Source: Alteromonadaceae bacterium
Lineage (GTDB): Bacteria > Pseudomonadota > Gammaproteobacteria > Enterobacterales > Alteromonadaceae
NCBI GenBank assembly: GCA_965279005.1
Contig: CBDIHK010000024.1
Span: forward strand, 166,562 to 230,561
Reading direction: 5' to 3'
DNA length: 64,000 nt
The translations under genes and the position numbers were made by a program. Positions 24,699 to 34,779 of this stretch are shown one piece after another (positions within the stretch are counted from its first letter, which is position 1; each line of letters starts with the position of its first letter). The notes under the pieces are model-generated. The model saw nothing but the letters and a program-made list of their open reading frames with translations, ran no database searches and was not told the DNA's origin.

Positions 24699-25346
24699 GT
24701 GGCGTCTAAACAAAAACGTTCTCGTAGGAACCTTACAATAAACAGGGCAAAACCCAGTAAGCACAATGGGGGAAGCGGGTTTATCCGCATTATTTCAGGC
24801 CGTTGGCGCGGTCGAAAAATTCCAGTGCCTGATAGCACGGGTTTGCGGCCCACCACAGACAGGACCAAAGAAACCCTGTTCAACTGGCTAATGCCTTACT
24901 TGGGATCCGGTTATCGTTGCTTAGATCTGTTTGCCGGATCTGGATCACTTGGTTTCGAAGCGCTATCCCGCTATGCACAACTGGTGGTTATGGTTGAAAA
25001 AGAACCTGCAATTGTCAAAAAACTTAAAACTGCCGCCGCTACACTGGCAAGTGATCAAGAGCAGGCCGCACCGCGTCTCGATATAGTTGAGGCGGATGCC
25101 TTGTCCTATCTCAGTGGCTGCAGGCAAACTTTTGACTTAGTATTTTTGGATCCCCCGTTTAATCAAGGGTTGCTGGTGCCCGCTTTGCAAAAGTTAGTAG
25201 CGTCTGGTTGCCTGGCGAAAGACGCGGTTATCTATGCTGAGCATGAAATAGAACTTGAATGGGGCTTACCCCATGGGATCCAGGAATTAAAACAAAAACA
25301 AACCAAACAAGTCGCCTCCAGGCTTTTGCAATATACGGGTGTTTAA
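24699..25346 (+). CDS. rsmD: 16S rRNA (guanine966-N2)-methyltransferase
   Basis: GTG start. Contains RIISGRWRGRK, LRPTTDRTKETLFNWL and the DPPF motif. Divergent from ftsY as in E. coli. Confidence 0.88.
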   Translation: MASKQKRSRRNLTINRAKPSKHNGGSGFIRIISGRWRGRKIPVPDSTGLRPTTDRTKETLFNWLMPYLGSGYRCLDLFAGSGSLGFEALSRYAQLVVMVEKEPAIVKKLKTAAATLASDQEQAAPRLDIVEADALSYLSGCRQTFDLVFLDPPFNQGLLVPALQKLVASGCLAKDAVIYAEHEIELEWGLPHGIQELKQKQTKQVASRLLQYTGV

Positions 25347-25385
25347 TCATTTGCATAAGGCTTGGCAGCGCAACAGGGGAAAGAA

Positions 25386-25760
25386 GTGCATAAACCCAAC
25401 GGGACTGGATTTACTAGACTGATCAAAGCTACCAATTGTTCCATGGACGGCATTAGATTAGCATGGCGCCATGAGTCTGCATTTAGACAAGAGTTAGCAC
25501 TTACTCTTATCTTGTTTCCGCTGGCAATTTTATTGAGTGAATCGACTACACAATTTATCTTGTTGGTCACGCCGTTGTTTTTGCTGCTTGTGGTGGAATG
25601 CTTGAACAGCGCGATTGAGGCGACTGTCGATCGCATTAGTACTGCGCTTCATCCATTGTCTAAACAAGCCAAAGATTTAGGCTCAGCCGCTGTATTTTTT
25701 GTGTTACTGATGCTGGGTTTAACTTGGGGTGTAATTGCTTACCAGAACCTCATTGCCTAG
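25386..25760 (+). CDS. dgkA: diacylglycerol kinase
   Basis: DgkA-like sequence (GFTRLIKA, ESAFRQE, ECLNSAIEATVDR). I prefer the GTG at 25386; the track ORF starts at TTG 25362. Confidence 0.88.
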   Translation: MHKPNGTGFTRLIKATNCSMDGIRLAWRHESAFRQELALTLILFPLAILLSESTTQFILLVTPLFLLLVVECLNSAIEATVDRISTALHPLSKQAKDLGSAAVFFVLLMLGLTWGVIAYQNLIA

Positions 25761-25784
25761 GTTTTCTATAACCCAATAATGTGG

Positions 25785-26366
25785 CTAGATCTCAATGCCA
25801 ATATTGCTGATCCCCTCGCTGGTGGCTAAGTCCTTTAGTTCAATGCTCAGCTGTTTATTGCGTTGTGGTTTCTGTTGCAAATACTCTAGCACCGCCTGTT
25901 GGCTGGCGAGTTCCCATTGCATTAAGGGGTGGGATCTGATTGCTTCAGATGACATTTCAGTTTCGCAGGTTGCTTCAATAAATGCTTCAACGCAGCCTTG
26001 GGAGATTTTACTGACAACAACTCCCCCTTGCGGGTCATCACCTGACATCTGGTTGAGTAGGGCGGCCAATGACACAGCAAAATCGAGCGCGGGATAAACA
26101 CCATAGTTGTCAAATTGATCAACATCAGGTGTTACTTCTTCAACTTTGAGTAACTGCACTTCATAATTTATCCTGCTGCGGGGCGAGGCCAACCAATCCC
26201 ACAACGCATCTAAGGTGTTACGCATCAGGTTGGCGTCTGCAAATTCCGTTGCTTCACAGAACAGCTGGTAGTTTGGAAACATGCGCTCAACCAAGGTCAG
26301 CGCAAATGCACTGGCATACCAACCTTCAAGTTCCCGCACTTGTTGAAATGTATTCAGCTTTGCCAT
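25785..26366 (-). CDS. yjaG: DUF416 (YjaG-like) protein
   Basis: 193 aa, LEGWYASAFALTLVERMFPNY. Typical of the YjaG family. Confidence 0.78.
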   Translation of the reverse strand: MAKLNTFQQVRELEGWYASAFALTLVERMFPNYQLFCEATEFADANLMRNTLDALWDWLASPRSRINYEVQLLKVEEVTPDVDQFDNYGVYPALDFAVSLAALLNQMSGDDPQGGVVVSKISQGCVEAFIEATCETEMSSEAIRSHPLMQWELASQQAVLEYLQQKPQRNKQLSIELKDLATSEGISNIGIEI

Positions 26367-26680
26367 TTTACCTGTTTCCTGTAGTCATCTGGTTTTAGGG
26401 TGTCCTGGACAATCATATCAAAAGCGCAGCAGCGTCTACTAAAGATATAGCTTAGCAGCCTTCCTGGGAGCTTATCTGTCCGGAAATGGGTAACTTATTC
26501 AAGAATAAATATTATTTTTTAAGTAATCTAATTGTAACATTTTACATTCCACTTTCTTGTGCTATTTATTACCTTCAATTGTTAAAAAATTGTTTAAATT
26601 TAAACGCTTGGGCGAATAACGCGAATTGCGCATATACACCTTAGTGGAATTGCCCGAGATGTGGTGTTGGAGGATACTAG

Positions 26681-26863
26681 ATGAGCCTAATGACAGTGGC
26701 GGAAGTGGCCAGCTTCCTGCAAGTGAAAGAGATTAGGGTAGAGCGTTTAGAAAGGGAACACCTGCTTACCGCCAAGGATAAAGATGGTGAAGGTAAGCCG
26801 TTATTCGATCGCGGGGACGTGGAAAAATACAAAACTTTGGCTGAGCGTTTAGGCGGCATCTGA
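26681..26863 (+). CDS. small helix-turn-helix (MerR/excisionase-like) DNA-binding protein
   Basis: 60 aa, LMTVAEVASFLQVKEIRVERLERE. GGAGG lies upstream and a strong terminator follows. Confidence 0.5.
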   Translation: MSLMTVAEVASFLQVKEIRVERLEREHLLTAKDKDGEGKPLFDRGDVEKYKTLAERLGGI

Positions 26864-26886
26864 CCTGGAACAGATGCGCCTTTTTT
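26852..26886 (+). terminator. rho-independent terminator
   Basis: ggcggcatctg-acctggaa-cagatgcgcc followed by TTTTTT. Confidence 0.8.
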
Positions 26887-27180
26887 GTGCAGCTTACCAG
26901 GCGTAGCCTTGGGCTTCTGAAATCAGCCTGGTGCCGGTGCCTGGTTCTGGGATCTTAATTATATTTGCTAGCTACCCTCATAGAAGCACGTCAGCCCATA
27001 CAGGGGGCTATTTTCTTCCAGTCAAACCAACATTGATAGCGTAAAGTCCAAAAAGAACTACACTTACTAAGGAAATTATCTTGCAACGCGTTTTTTGCCA
27101 TTTCCTGGCAAGCCACCCACAGTGCATCAAGCAGGTGCTCAATTTCCAGGGCTATTGGTAGCTATACCACCTAATAGTAA

Positions 27181-28458
27181 TCACTTACTAATTAGGCTGG
27201 ATATGGTGCGTATTCCCTGTGCGGTCGCGCCAGCTGGCCGGGTGGCGGTTGCACGGTCTTGGTACGCTGCCGCTAGGTCAATATGCAGCCAGCCTTGCCC
27301 TGGGTTTTCGACAAAGCGTGACAGGAATCCAGCTGCGTTGCTCGCACCGCCGGCACCACCTCCTTTTTGTGGACGGCTATTGGCCGTGTCGGCAAATGGC
27401 GATGGGCAGTTGTCTTTATGCCAAGGCATTAGCGGCAACGGCCAGGCGGGTTCATTCACCTCATTGGCTACTTTTTGTGCTGTGTCACGCAAATTGTCAT
27501 CCATGCTAAATAGGGCATTGTGTTCTGTCCCTACTGCTACTACCGCTGCACCGGTTAGGGTTGCGGCATCAATAATCAAGTCTGGGTTATTTTCGCTCGC
27601 TGCCATCAAGCCATCTGCCAGCACCAGCCGACCCTCAGCGTCGGTATTGACGATCTCAACAGTGGTGCCGTTTTTGTAAGTGATGATATCGCCAAGCTTA
27701 TAGGCGTGTCCGCTGATAAGGTTTTCAGCGCAGCACAAATAAAGCTTAACCCGCTTTTTCAGTCCAGACATGATTGCCAAGCCCAAGGCGCCGCTCACGG
27801 TAGCTGCACCACCCATGTCGCATTTCATCGCCAACATGCCTTCGCTGGATTTAATGCTGTAACCACCGCTGTCAAAGGTGATGCCTTTGCCAACAAGTGC
27901 ACAAGCTACCGGGGAGGCTTCATCCCCCGTCGGGTTGTAATCAATTTCCAATAATACCGGAGGCCGGTCGCTACCGCGTCCAACCTGGTATATGCCGTGC
28001 CATCCTGCGGCTTCTAGCTCTTCACCTACCCAGCTCTTGCTGGAAATGTGCCCGGGTGCCAGTTGCTGCAACCAATCCGTGACTTTTTGTGCTAATGCTT
28101 CAGGTGATACATCTTCTGGGGAGCCATTGACTAGATCACAAGTAAAACGATGTGCGGCCAGTAATTGCTCTAGCCCTGCCTGGTTTTGGTCTGCGCTAAA
28201 TTGAAATTGTTTCTTGCGCAGGGGGGATTCAAAACTACTGGCAAAAGCCCACTGTTGCTCAAATGACCAGTCCCCAGCCAATACCACGGCTCCTGCAAGC
28301 TGTTCCAGGTATCTCGCGGCCTTTTTAATTTGGGTTAATCCCTCACTACCTTCGGGCACGTGGACTGTGGCGCCTGATTGGTCAAACGAAAGTGGGCTGG
28401 ATTCACCCCATCCATTTACGGGGGCTTGGTGGGAAAGCATGACATTAACTGCGGTCAT
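27181..28458 (-). CDS. pepB: aminopeptidase B (M17 family)
   Basis: 425 aa with the NTDAEGRL motif and a PepB-type N-terminal domain. Confidence 0.92.
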   Translation of the reverse strand: MTAVNVMLSHQAPVNGWGESSPLSFDQSGATVHVPEGSEGLTQIKKAARYLEQLAGAVVLAGDWSFEQQWAFASSFESPLRKKQFQFSADQNQAGLEQLLAAHRFTCDLVNGSPEDVSPEALAQKVTDWLQQLAPGHISSKSWVGEELEAAGWHGIYQVGRGSDRPPVLLEIDYNPTGDEASPVACALVGKGITFDSGGYSIKSSEGMLAMKCDMGGAATVSGALGLAIMSGLKKRVKLYLCCAENLISGHAYKLGDIITYKNGTTVEIVNTDAEGRLVLADGLMAASENNPDLIIDAATLTGAAVVAVGTEHNALFSMDDNLRDTAQKVANEVNEPAWPLPLMPWHKDNCPSPFADTANSRPQKGGGAGGASNAAGFLSRFVENPGQGWLHIDLAAAYQDRATATRPAGATAQGIRTISSLISK

Positions 28459-28545
28459 GGAGGGCTCCTGGTTGTTGTTTTATAGTTGGGACTTGCCAAA
28501 GATGTTAGCATTCAATTCACCTAAATATGCGGTTAAAAAATCATA

Positions 28546-29247
28546 ATGCAATTTAAATCCCCAATAATTAGCGGCACTTTAATCAAGCGTTACAAGCGTT
28601 TTTTTGCTGACGTTAAATTGGAAGACGGTCGGATGGTGACTGCCCATTGCCCCAATACGGGTGCTATGACGGGTTGTGCAGAGCCCGGCTTTGAAGTTTG
28701 GCTAACGCAAAACAACGATCCTAAACGCAAGTTGAAATTCAGTTGGGAAGTGGCGGTCGACTCAGAAGGTCACCATATTGGTATCAATACCCACAATGCC
28801 AACCGCTTGGTTGAGGAAGCGCTATCCGAAGGCACAATTTCCGAGTTGGCTGATATGGTTTTGGTGGGACGCGAAGTCAAATATGGTTCTGAAGCCAGTA
28901 AAATTGATTTTTTGCTGGAAACCAAACAAAAACAGCAATGCTACTTGGAAGTCAAATCCGTTACCTTGTTGCAAGGCGGGCAAGGTTATTTTCCCGATAC
29001 TAAAAGTGAACGGGCACAAAAACATTTGCGCGAATTAATACAGATGGTGCAACAGGGGCACCGTGCCGTGTTATTGTTTTGCGTACAGCACACAGGTATC
29101 AACATCGTAAAGGCTGCGGCCCACCTGGATCCGGAGTATGCACGTTTATTGGAGCTGGCGCAGGCCGAAGGCGTAAAAGTGCTGGCTTACGGCTGTCGCT
29201 TCTCCAAGGACAGCATTGCCTTGGATAACTGCCTAACCTTTGGCTGA
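28546..29247 (+). CDS. sfsA: sugar fermentation stimulation protein A
   Basis: 233 aa (RYKRFFADV...HCPNTGAM). Located upstream of dksA as in E. coli. Confidence 0.93.
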   Translation: MQFKSPIISGTLIKRYKRFFADVKLEDGRMVTAHCPNTGAMTGCAEPGFEVWLTQNNDPKRKLKFSWEVAVDSEGHHIGINTHNANRLVEEALSEGTISELADMVLVGREVKYGSEASKIDFLLETKQKQQCYLEVKSVTLLQGGQGYFPDTKSERAQKHLRELIQMVQQGHRAVLLFCVQHTGINIVKAAAHLDPEYARLLELAQAEGVKVLAYGCRFSKDSIALDNCLTFG

Positions 29248-29564
29248 TTGGAGAACGCTTAGCGGCAAGGTGGGCGGCACTATACTTGGTGGAAAAAACA
29301 CCATTTGACCGCTTGAAATCCAAATTTTTGGCCCCACAATTGCCCAGCAAAGTTTTTTGTGTCAATCTGACAAATTGAGGTTTGCGACGACCCCTGTATT
29401 CGCTAAATAACAAAAAGAAAAGTGTGGTTATTGCGGCGGTGCTAACATTCGTCCCATATCCCTTAACACCCATGATGTTGGTGGTGATAGCTTTAGCCGA
29501 TGGAAAGCAGGCAGCGCAGCCATTAGCATTTAGACGCTAGTATGTCGTTTAGGAGTATTGGCCT

Positions 29565-30014
29565 ATGCCAACTGAAAAAGAGAGTAAGTCACTAGGGCTT
29601 TTAGCACTCGCTGGATTAGAACATTACCAGGAGAAAGACGGCGAAGAATACATGAACCCGGATCAACTGGAGCATTTCCGGTTGATATTGAGTGCATGGC
29701 GTGACCAGTTACGCGAAGAAGTTGACCGCACTGTACACCACATGCAGGATGAAGCAGCAAACTTCCCGGATCCGGTTGATCGTGCCGCCCAAGAAGAAGA
29801 GTTCAGCCTAGAACTAAGAACCCGTGACCGTGAGCGCAAGCTGATCAAGAAAATCGAAAAAACCTTGAAACGCATCGAAGAAGACGATTTTGGGTTTTGT
29901 GATTCTTGTGGCATTGAGATTGGCGTAAAACGGTTGGAAGCCAGGCCAACAGCTGACCTTTGTATCGATTGTAAAACGATGGCAGAGATTAAAGAGAAAC
30001 AGCTGCTAGGCTAG
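29565..30014 (+). CDS. dksA: RNA polymerase-binding transcription factor DksA
   Basis: 149 aa with a coiled coil and the zinc finger CDSCG...CIDC. Confidence 0.97.
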   Translation: MPTEKESKSLGLLALAGLEHYQEKDGEEYMNPDQLEHFRLILSAWRDQLREEVDRTVHHMQDEAANFPDPVDRAAQEEEFSLELRTRDRERKLIKKIEKTLKRIEEDDFGFCDSCGIEIGVKRLEARPTADLCIDCKTMAEIKEKQLLG

Positions 30015-30026
30015 TCTTTTACCTGA

Positions 30027-30049
30027 GGCAACTGGCTCGGTCAGTTGCC
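30027..30049 (+). terminator. hairpin between dksA and gluQ (possible partial terminator or attenuator)
   Basis: ggcaactg-gctcggt-cagttgcc forms an 8-bp stem. No U-run follows. Confidence 0.4.
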
Positions 30050-30057
30050 ACAAACAC

Positions 30058-31020
30058 ATGACACCGTTACCTATTTCCCTACCTTCCGTAAAGGGCTATT
30101 GCGGTCGCTTTGCCCCATCGCCGTCTGGCAACTTGCATTTTGGTTCCCTATGCACAGCCCTCGCTAGTTATTTGCAGGCACGCAAAAACAACGGTCGCTG
30201 GTTGTTGCGCATTGATGACCTGGATCCGCCGCGGGAAGTGCCGGGTGCTGCAGACAGCATATTAGCAACTCTAGATGCCCATGGGTTGCACTGGGACGGG
30301 GATGTGCTTTATCAGAGCAAACAACAAGACTTATACAACTCGGTGCTAGCTTGGATGCAAGGGCAAGGCGCAATTTATGCCTGTTCTTGCACTAGGAAGC
30401 GGATCCAAGGCATAGGTGGTACTTACGATGGCCATTGTAGGGAGCTGGATCTTGAGCCCAGCCAGGCAGCACTGCAATGCAACCAGCTGGCATTGCGCTT
30501 ACGCAACCAATTTGGCATCGCTGGGTTCCAGGATGAAGTACAAGGGCGGGTTATGGTGCCTGTAGAAAAGGCCGAGGAGGATTTCATCGTCCGTCGCCGT
30601 GACGGTTTAGTTGCCTACCATTTGGCGGCGGTTATTGACGATATTTACCAGGGGGTTAGCCAAGTGGTAAGGGGGGCTGACCTACTGCTGCCTAGTGCTT
30701 GCCAACTCAACCTCTATCGATTGTTCCAGGTAACCCCTCCAAGTTACTTGCACATACCCGTTGCCCAGGCGCATACTGGCCTTAAGTTAAGTAAGCAAAA
30801 CCGGGCAAAGGAGCTCAACAATGCTAGTGCGGGCACAAACCTGGTGTTTGCATTGAGGTTTATTGGTATCCCGGTTGGTAAAGACTTAGTGAGTTATCCG
30901 GTAGATGCAATATTGGATTGGGCTATTGCAAACTGGGATACTGGCAGGATCCCCCCGGTTGAACATCGCGATATAACAGATGTATTGCGGGATGAGGCAT
31001 TTTTGCATTCTATTTTGTGA
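30058..31020 (+). CDS. gluQ: tRNA glutamyl-Q(34) synthetase
   Basis: 320 aa, GRFAPSPSGNLHFGSL (HIGH-like) and KLSKQ. Confidence 0.92.
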   Translation: MTPLPISLPSVKGYCGRFAPSPSGNLHFGSLCTALASYLQARKNNGRWLLRIDDLDPPREVPGAADSILATLDAHGLHWDGDVLYQSKQQDLYNSVLAWMQGQGAIYACSCTRKRIQGIGGTYDGHCRELDLEPSQAALQCNQLALRLRNQFGIAGFQDEVQGRVMVPVEKAEEDFIVRRRDGLVAYHLAAVIDDIYQGVSQVVRGADLLLPSACQLNLYRLFQVTPPSYLHIPVAQAHTGLKLSKQNRAKELNNASAGTNLVFALRFIGIPVGKDLVSYPVDAILDWAIANWDTGRIPPVEHRDITDVLRDEAFLHSIL

Positions 31021-31098
31021 CGTGCTGATATAAGATACGCGACCAATTTTTAAACATATTGGGAAACTAAAGGAGCCATTCCCATCATTACCAAAGTA

Positions 31099-32466
31099 TT
31101 GGACAAAATGAAGCGGGTTTTGGGCGGCGATAATACCCCCAAAGATAGCCAGAGGTTGTCATCCCACGTAGAGATTATCCCCAGGGAAGCACACAATATT
31201 TCACGGGATGATATCAGCGAAAACGCGTTGAAAGTACTGTACCGCTTGCACAGCAGTGGTTTTGCTGCTTATTTGGTGGGTGGCTGCGTCCGCGATCTTA
31301 TGTTGGGCTTGGAGCCGAAAGACTTTGATGTGGTCACAGATGCTACCCCTGAGCAGATTAAAGGTTTATTCCGCAACTGCCGGTTGATTGGAAGGCGCTT
31401 CCGTTTAGCCCATATCGTTTTTGGCCGCGATGTCATTGAGGTAGCCACATTCCGCGGCCACCATGATGAGCAACAAAATGCGGGCCAAAGCCATGTCAGT
31501 AGGCAAGGTGACGAAGGCCAGCTGCTGCGCGACAACGTCTACGGTTCCATTGATGAAGATGCAGAACGCCGGGACTTTAGCTGTAACGCTATGTATTACA
31601 ATATTGCTGATTTCACTATCGCCGACTACGCCAAAGGCATTGCTTCACTTAAAAACAAAGAACTATCCTTGATTGGCGATCCTGAGACCCGCTACCGGGA
31701 AGATCCCGTGCGCATGCTGCGTGCCGCACGCTTCGCTGCCAAACTTGATTTCACAATATCGGCTGATACTGCAGAACTGATCCCCGGGCTTGCCAACTTG
31801 CTGGCCAATGTGCCTGCTGCACGTTTGTTTGAAGAATCCCTTAAGTTGTTTTTAAGTGGCCAAGGTTTAAAAACCTTTGCCCTGATGCAGCAATACCATT
31901 TGTTTGGTGAGTTGTTCCCGCAAGTCCAACCATTTTTACACAATCCAGAAGGCCGTGAATACAAGTTCCTGGAAAAGGTATTGGTCAATACTGATAACAG
32001 GATTAACAGCGGCCTGAGGGTGACCCCGGCCTTTTTCTTTGCCGCTGTGCTTTGGTACAGCCTGGAAGAAAGGGTACAGCAGCACCTAGGGGATGGTGGC
32101 TTCAATTATCACGATGCCTTCAACTTGGCTATGAATGATGTGTTGCTAAGGCAATCGCAGCGTATTGCGATACCCAAACGCTTCAGCAATGTGATCCGCG
32201 ATATTTGGCAGCTGCAACATCGCTTGAACAAACGTTTTGGCAAACGGGCCTACATGACCCTGGAGCACCCCAAGTTCCGCGCAGGGTACGATTTCCTGCT
32301 GTTGCGTGGAGAAATTGAAGGCGGTGAATTACAAGAACTTGGACAGTGGTGGACGCAATTCCAAGATGCCGCGCCAGCCAAGCGCAAAAACATGTTGTCG
32401 GAATTGCGTGGCAGCGAACAACGCTCAGGTAAACGCCGCCGCCCGTATCGGAACAAAAAGAAATGA
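31099..32466 (+). CDS. pcnB: poly(A) polymerase I
   Basis: Contains GGCVRDLMLG, DFDV and RDFSCNAMYY. Coordinates follow the track TTG start, but the true start may be the in-frame ATT at 31087 (see findings). Confidence 0.93.
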   Translation: MDKMKRVLGGDNTPKDSQRLSSHVEIIPREAHNISRDDISENALKVLYRLHSSGFAAYLVGGCVRDLMLGLEPKDFDVVTDATPEQIKGLFRNCRLIGRRFRLAHIVFGRDVIEVATFRGHHDEQQNAGQSHVSRQGDEGQLLRDNVYGSIDEDAERRDFSCNAMYYNIADFTIADYAKGIASLKNKELSLIGDPETRYREDPVRMLRAARFAAKLDFTISADTAELIPGLANLLANVPAARLFEESLKLFLSGQGLKTFALMQQYHLFGELFPQVQPFLHNPEGREYKFLEKVLVNTDNRINSGLRVTPAFFFAAVLWYSLEERVQQHLGDGGFNYHDAFNLAMNDVLLRQSQRIAIPKRFSNVIRDIWQLQHRLNKRFGKRAYMTLEHPKFRAGYDFLLLRGEIEGGELQELGQWWTQFQDAAPAKRKNMLSELRGSEQRSGKRRRPYRNKKK

Positions 32467-32951
32467 GCATCACCTGCTACCTGGGTTTGGGCAGCAACCT
32501 GGGTGACCCGGTACGCCAGGTGCTGGCAGGTGTGGAGGCTATTTCACAATTGCGGCAATGCCAGGTAATACAAACGTCTTCCCTATATCGAAGCCTGCCC
32601 ATGGGGCCGCAAGACCAACCTGACTATATTAATGCCGTAGTAGCACTTAAAACCACACTGGGTTGCTACGAGTTGCTTCGCAATATGCAGGCTATAGAGC
32701 TGGCTCAAGGCCGGGAGCGCAAAGACGAGCGCTGGGGGGCACGAACCTTGGATATTGATATTTTATTTTACGGTAATACCCTGATTGACGAGCCAGATCT
32801 CAAGGTGCCCCATTACGGCATACGTGAGCGTGAGTTTGTGCTGGTACCGATGGCCGAAATAGCACCTGGCTGGAAAATGCCGGAGGGGGAAACCATGGCT
32901 GAGTTGGCGGCCATTATTCCCCAAAACAATTTGCAAAAACTTGCCAATTAG
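32463..32951 (+). CDS. folK: 2-amino-4-hydroxy-6-hydroxymethyldihydropteridine diphosphokinase
   Basis: 162 aa with an ATGA overlap onto the pcnB stop, and an HPPK-like sequence (YINAVVAL, RTLDIDIL). Confidence 0.93.
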   Translation: MSITCYLGLGSNLGDPVRQVLAGVEAISQLRQCQVIQTSSLYRSLPMGPQDQPDYINAVVALKTTLGCYELLRNMQAIELAQGRERKDERWGARTLDIDILFYGNTLIDEPDLKVPHYGIREREFVLVPMAEIAPGWKMPEGETMAELAAIIPQNNLQKLAN

Positions 32952-33118
32952 ACAAAAAAAACTGTCACAACACACCGTAAAGCCAATTCCCCTGTGTTAT
33001 TGGGCTTAAACACCCTCAAGACTTGAATTAACGCCTATTCTTCGTATAGTGCAGGTCAAACCAGTGCGTGAAAAGGCGCATTGGTAGGTTTATACCAGAC
33101 AATTGAGAAGGGCGGCTT

Positions 33119-33913
33119 ATGGCTAAGATGACGACGTCCCGTTTACTTAAGATGAAGCGGGAAGGTGAAAAAATAACAATGTTGACCGCCTACGATGCCA
33201 GCTTTGCCAAACTATTTGACGAGCAGGGCGTTGATACCATATTGGTGGGCGACTCATTGGGGATGGTGTTGCAGGGGCTAGACGATACCCTGGCAGTAAC
33301 GATAGATGATATTGCCTACCACACACGCAGTGTGAAGCAAGGGATCGAATCGGCATTTTTGATCGCAGACATGCCTTTTATGTCTTATGCCGATCCCGGG
33401 CAGGCATACCAGAATGCAGCCAGGCTTATGGCGGCAGGTGCCAACATGGTGAAGCTCGAAGGCGGTGAATGGCTACTGCAGACCATCAGTGGTTTGGTGG
33501 AACGCGGCGTACCGGTTTGTGGCCACTTGGGATTGACCCCGCAATCAGTTAATGTGTTTGGTGGTTTCAAAGTCCAGGGGCGCGCGCAGGCGCAAGCCGA
33601 TAAAATGGTGCAAGATGCCCTGGCGCTACAATCAGCTGGTGTCCAGCTATTGGTTTTGGAATGCATCCCAGTTGACCTTGCCAGCCGCATAAGTAGCGAG
33701 TTGGACATTCCTGTCATCGGCATAGGTGCAGGCGTTGGTACAGACGGTCAGGTTTTGGTAATGCATGATATGTTGGGGGTAAGTGCTAACTATATGCCAA
33801 AATTCTCAAAGAACTACTTGGCTGAAACTGGCGATATCCGAAGCGCAGTGACCCAATTTATCAGCGAGGTGAAATCGGGTCAGTTTCCATCTGACGAGCA
33901 CAGCTTTAAATAA
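33119..33913 (+). CDS. panB: 3-methyl-2-oxobutanoate hydroxymethyltransferase
   Basis: 264 aa, [19 protein letters not shown]. Confidence 0.96.
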   Translation: MAKMTTSRLLKMKREGEKITMLTAYDASFAKLFDEQGVDTILVGDSLGMVLQGLDDTLAVTIDDIAYHTRSVKQGIESAFLIADMPFMSYADPGQAYQNAARLMAAGANMVKLEGGEWLLQTISGLVERGVPVCGHLGLTPQSVNVFGGFKVQGRAQAQADKMVQDALALQSAGVQLLVLECIPVDLASRISSELDIPVIGIGAGVGTDGQVLVMHDMLGVSANYMPKFSKNYLAETGDIRSAVTQFISEVKSGQFPSDEHSFK

Positions 33914-33927
33914 TCCTGGATGTTGTT

Positions 33928-34779
33928 ATGCAGCAAATCTCCGAAATCCAATCACTGCGCGAATTGCGCCGCAAATGGCAACTAGAAGGTAAGGTCATCG
34001 GTTTTGTGCCTACTATGGGCAATTTGCACCAAGGCCACCTGAAACTAGTGCAAGAAGCGAAACAGCACTGTGATATTGTCGTGGTATCAATCTTTGTCAA
34101 TCCAATGCAGTTTGGACCAAGTGAAGACCTAGATGCGTACCCACGTACCTTGCAGCAAGACTGCCAACACCTAAGTGATTTGGGTGTTGATTGCGTGTTT
34201 ATGCCAAAAGCGCAAGATATTTACGCGCGCGGCCTGGAGCAGCAAACTTTCGTAGAAGTCCCCGGTTTGTCCTATATGATTTGCGGGGCAAGCCGTCCCG
34301 GGCACTTCCGGGGGGTTGCCACCATCGTTTGCAAGTTGTTCAATATGGTGCAGCCCAACCATGCCTTTTTTGGTGAGAAGGATTTCCAGCAATTGCAGGT
34401 GATTAAGGCCATGGTGCAGGATCTGTCCATGAACCTCGTGATCCACGGAGTGCCAACCGTGCGTGAACCTGATGGCCTGGCTATGAGCAGCCGCAACGGT
34501 TACCTAACTGAAAAGGAACGTAAAATCGCGCCCTTGCTGTACCAAACCTTGGAAAAGCTATCGGAGCAAATTATCGCCGGTAGGCGCGACTACAGGGCCT
34601 TGATTAAGGAGCATTCACTTACGCTCTACAATTCCGGTTTTAAGACTGATTATATAGAGATACGGGCTGCCAATACTTTGTCGCCGCCTAGCCATGAGGA
34701 TACCGAATTGGTGTTATTGGCCGCCGCGTTTTTGGGTAAAACCCGGCTTATTGACAACATGCCCGTGTCACTGGGTTAG
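33928..34779 (+). CDS. panC: pantoate--beta-alanine ligase
   Basis: 283 aa, [19 protein letters not shown]. Confidence 0.96.
   Translation: MQQISEIQSLRELRRKWQLEGKVIGFVPTMGNLHQGHLKLVQEAKQHCDIVVVSIFVNPMQFGPSEDLDAYPRTLQQDCQHLSDLGVDCVFMPKAQDIYARGLEQQTFVEVPGLSYMICGASRPGHFRGVATIVCKLFNMVQPNHAFFGEKDFQQLQVIKAMVQDLSMNLVIHGVPTVREPDGLAMSSRNGYLTEKERKIAPLLYQTLEKLSEQIIAGRRDYRALIKEHSLTLYNSGFKTDYIEIRAANTLSPPSHEDTELVLLAAAFLGKTRLIDNMPVSLG

Noticed and set aside
26890-27180. A possible sRNA in the 300-bp gap downstream of the small HTH gene (hairpin agccc-atacag-gggct followed by attttc near 26990).
   Set aside because: It is a single weak hairpin with a poor U-tract and no recognisable promoter. The evidence is insufficient.
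27095-27679. A 194-aa ORF on the + strand, antisense to pepB.
   Set aside because: It lies entirely within the well-supported pepB gene, has Ala/Pro/Arg-rich composition typical of antisense frames, and has no RBS.
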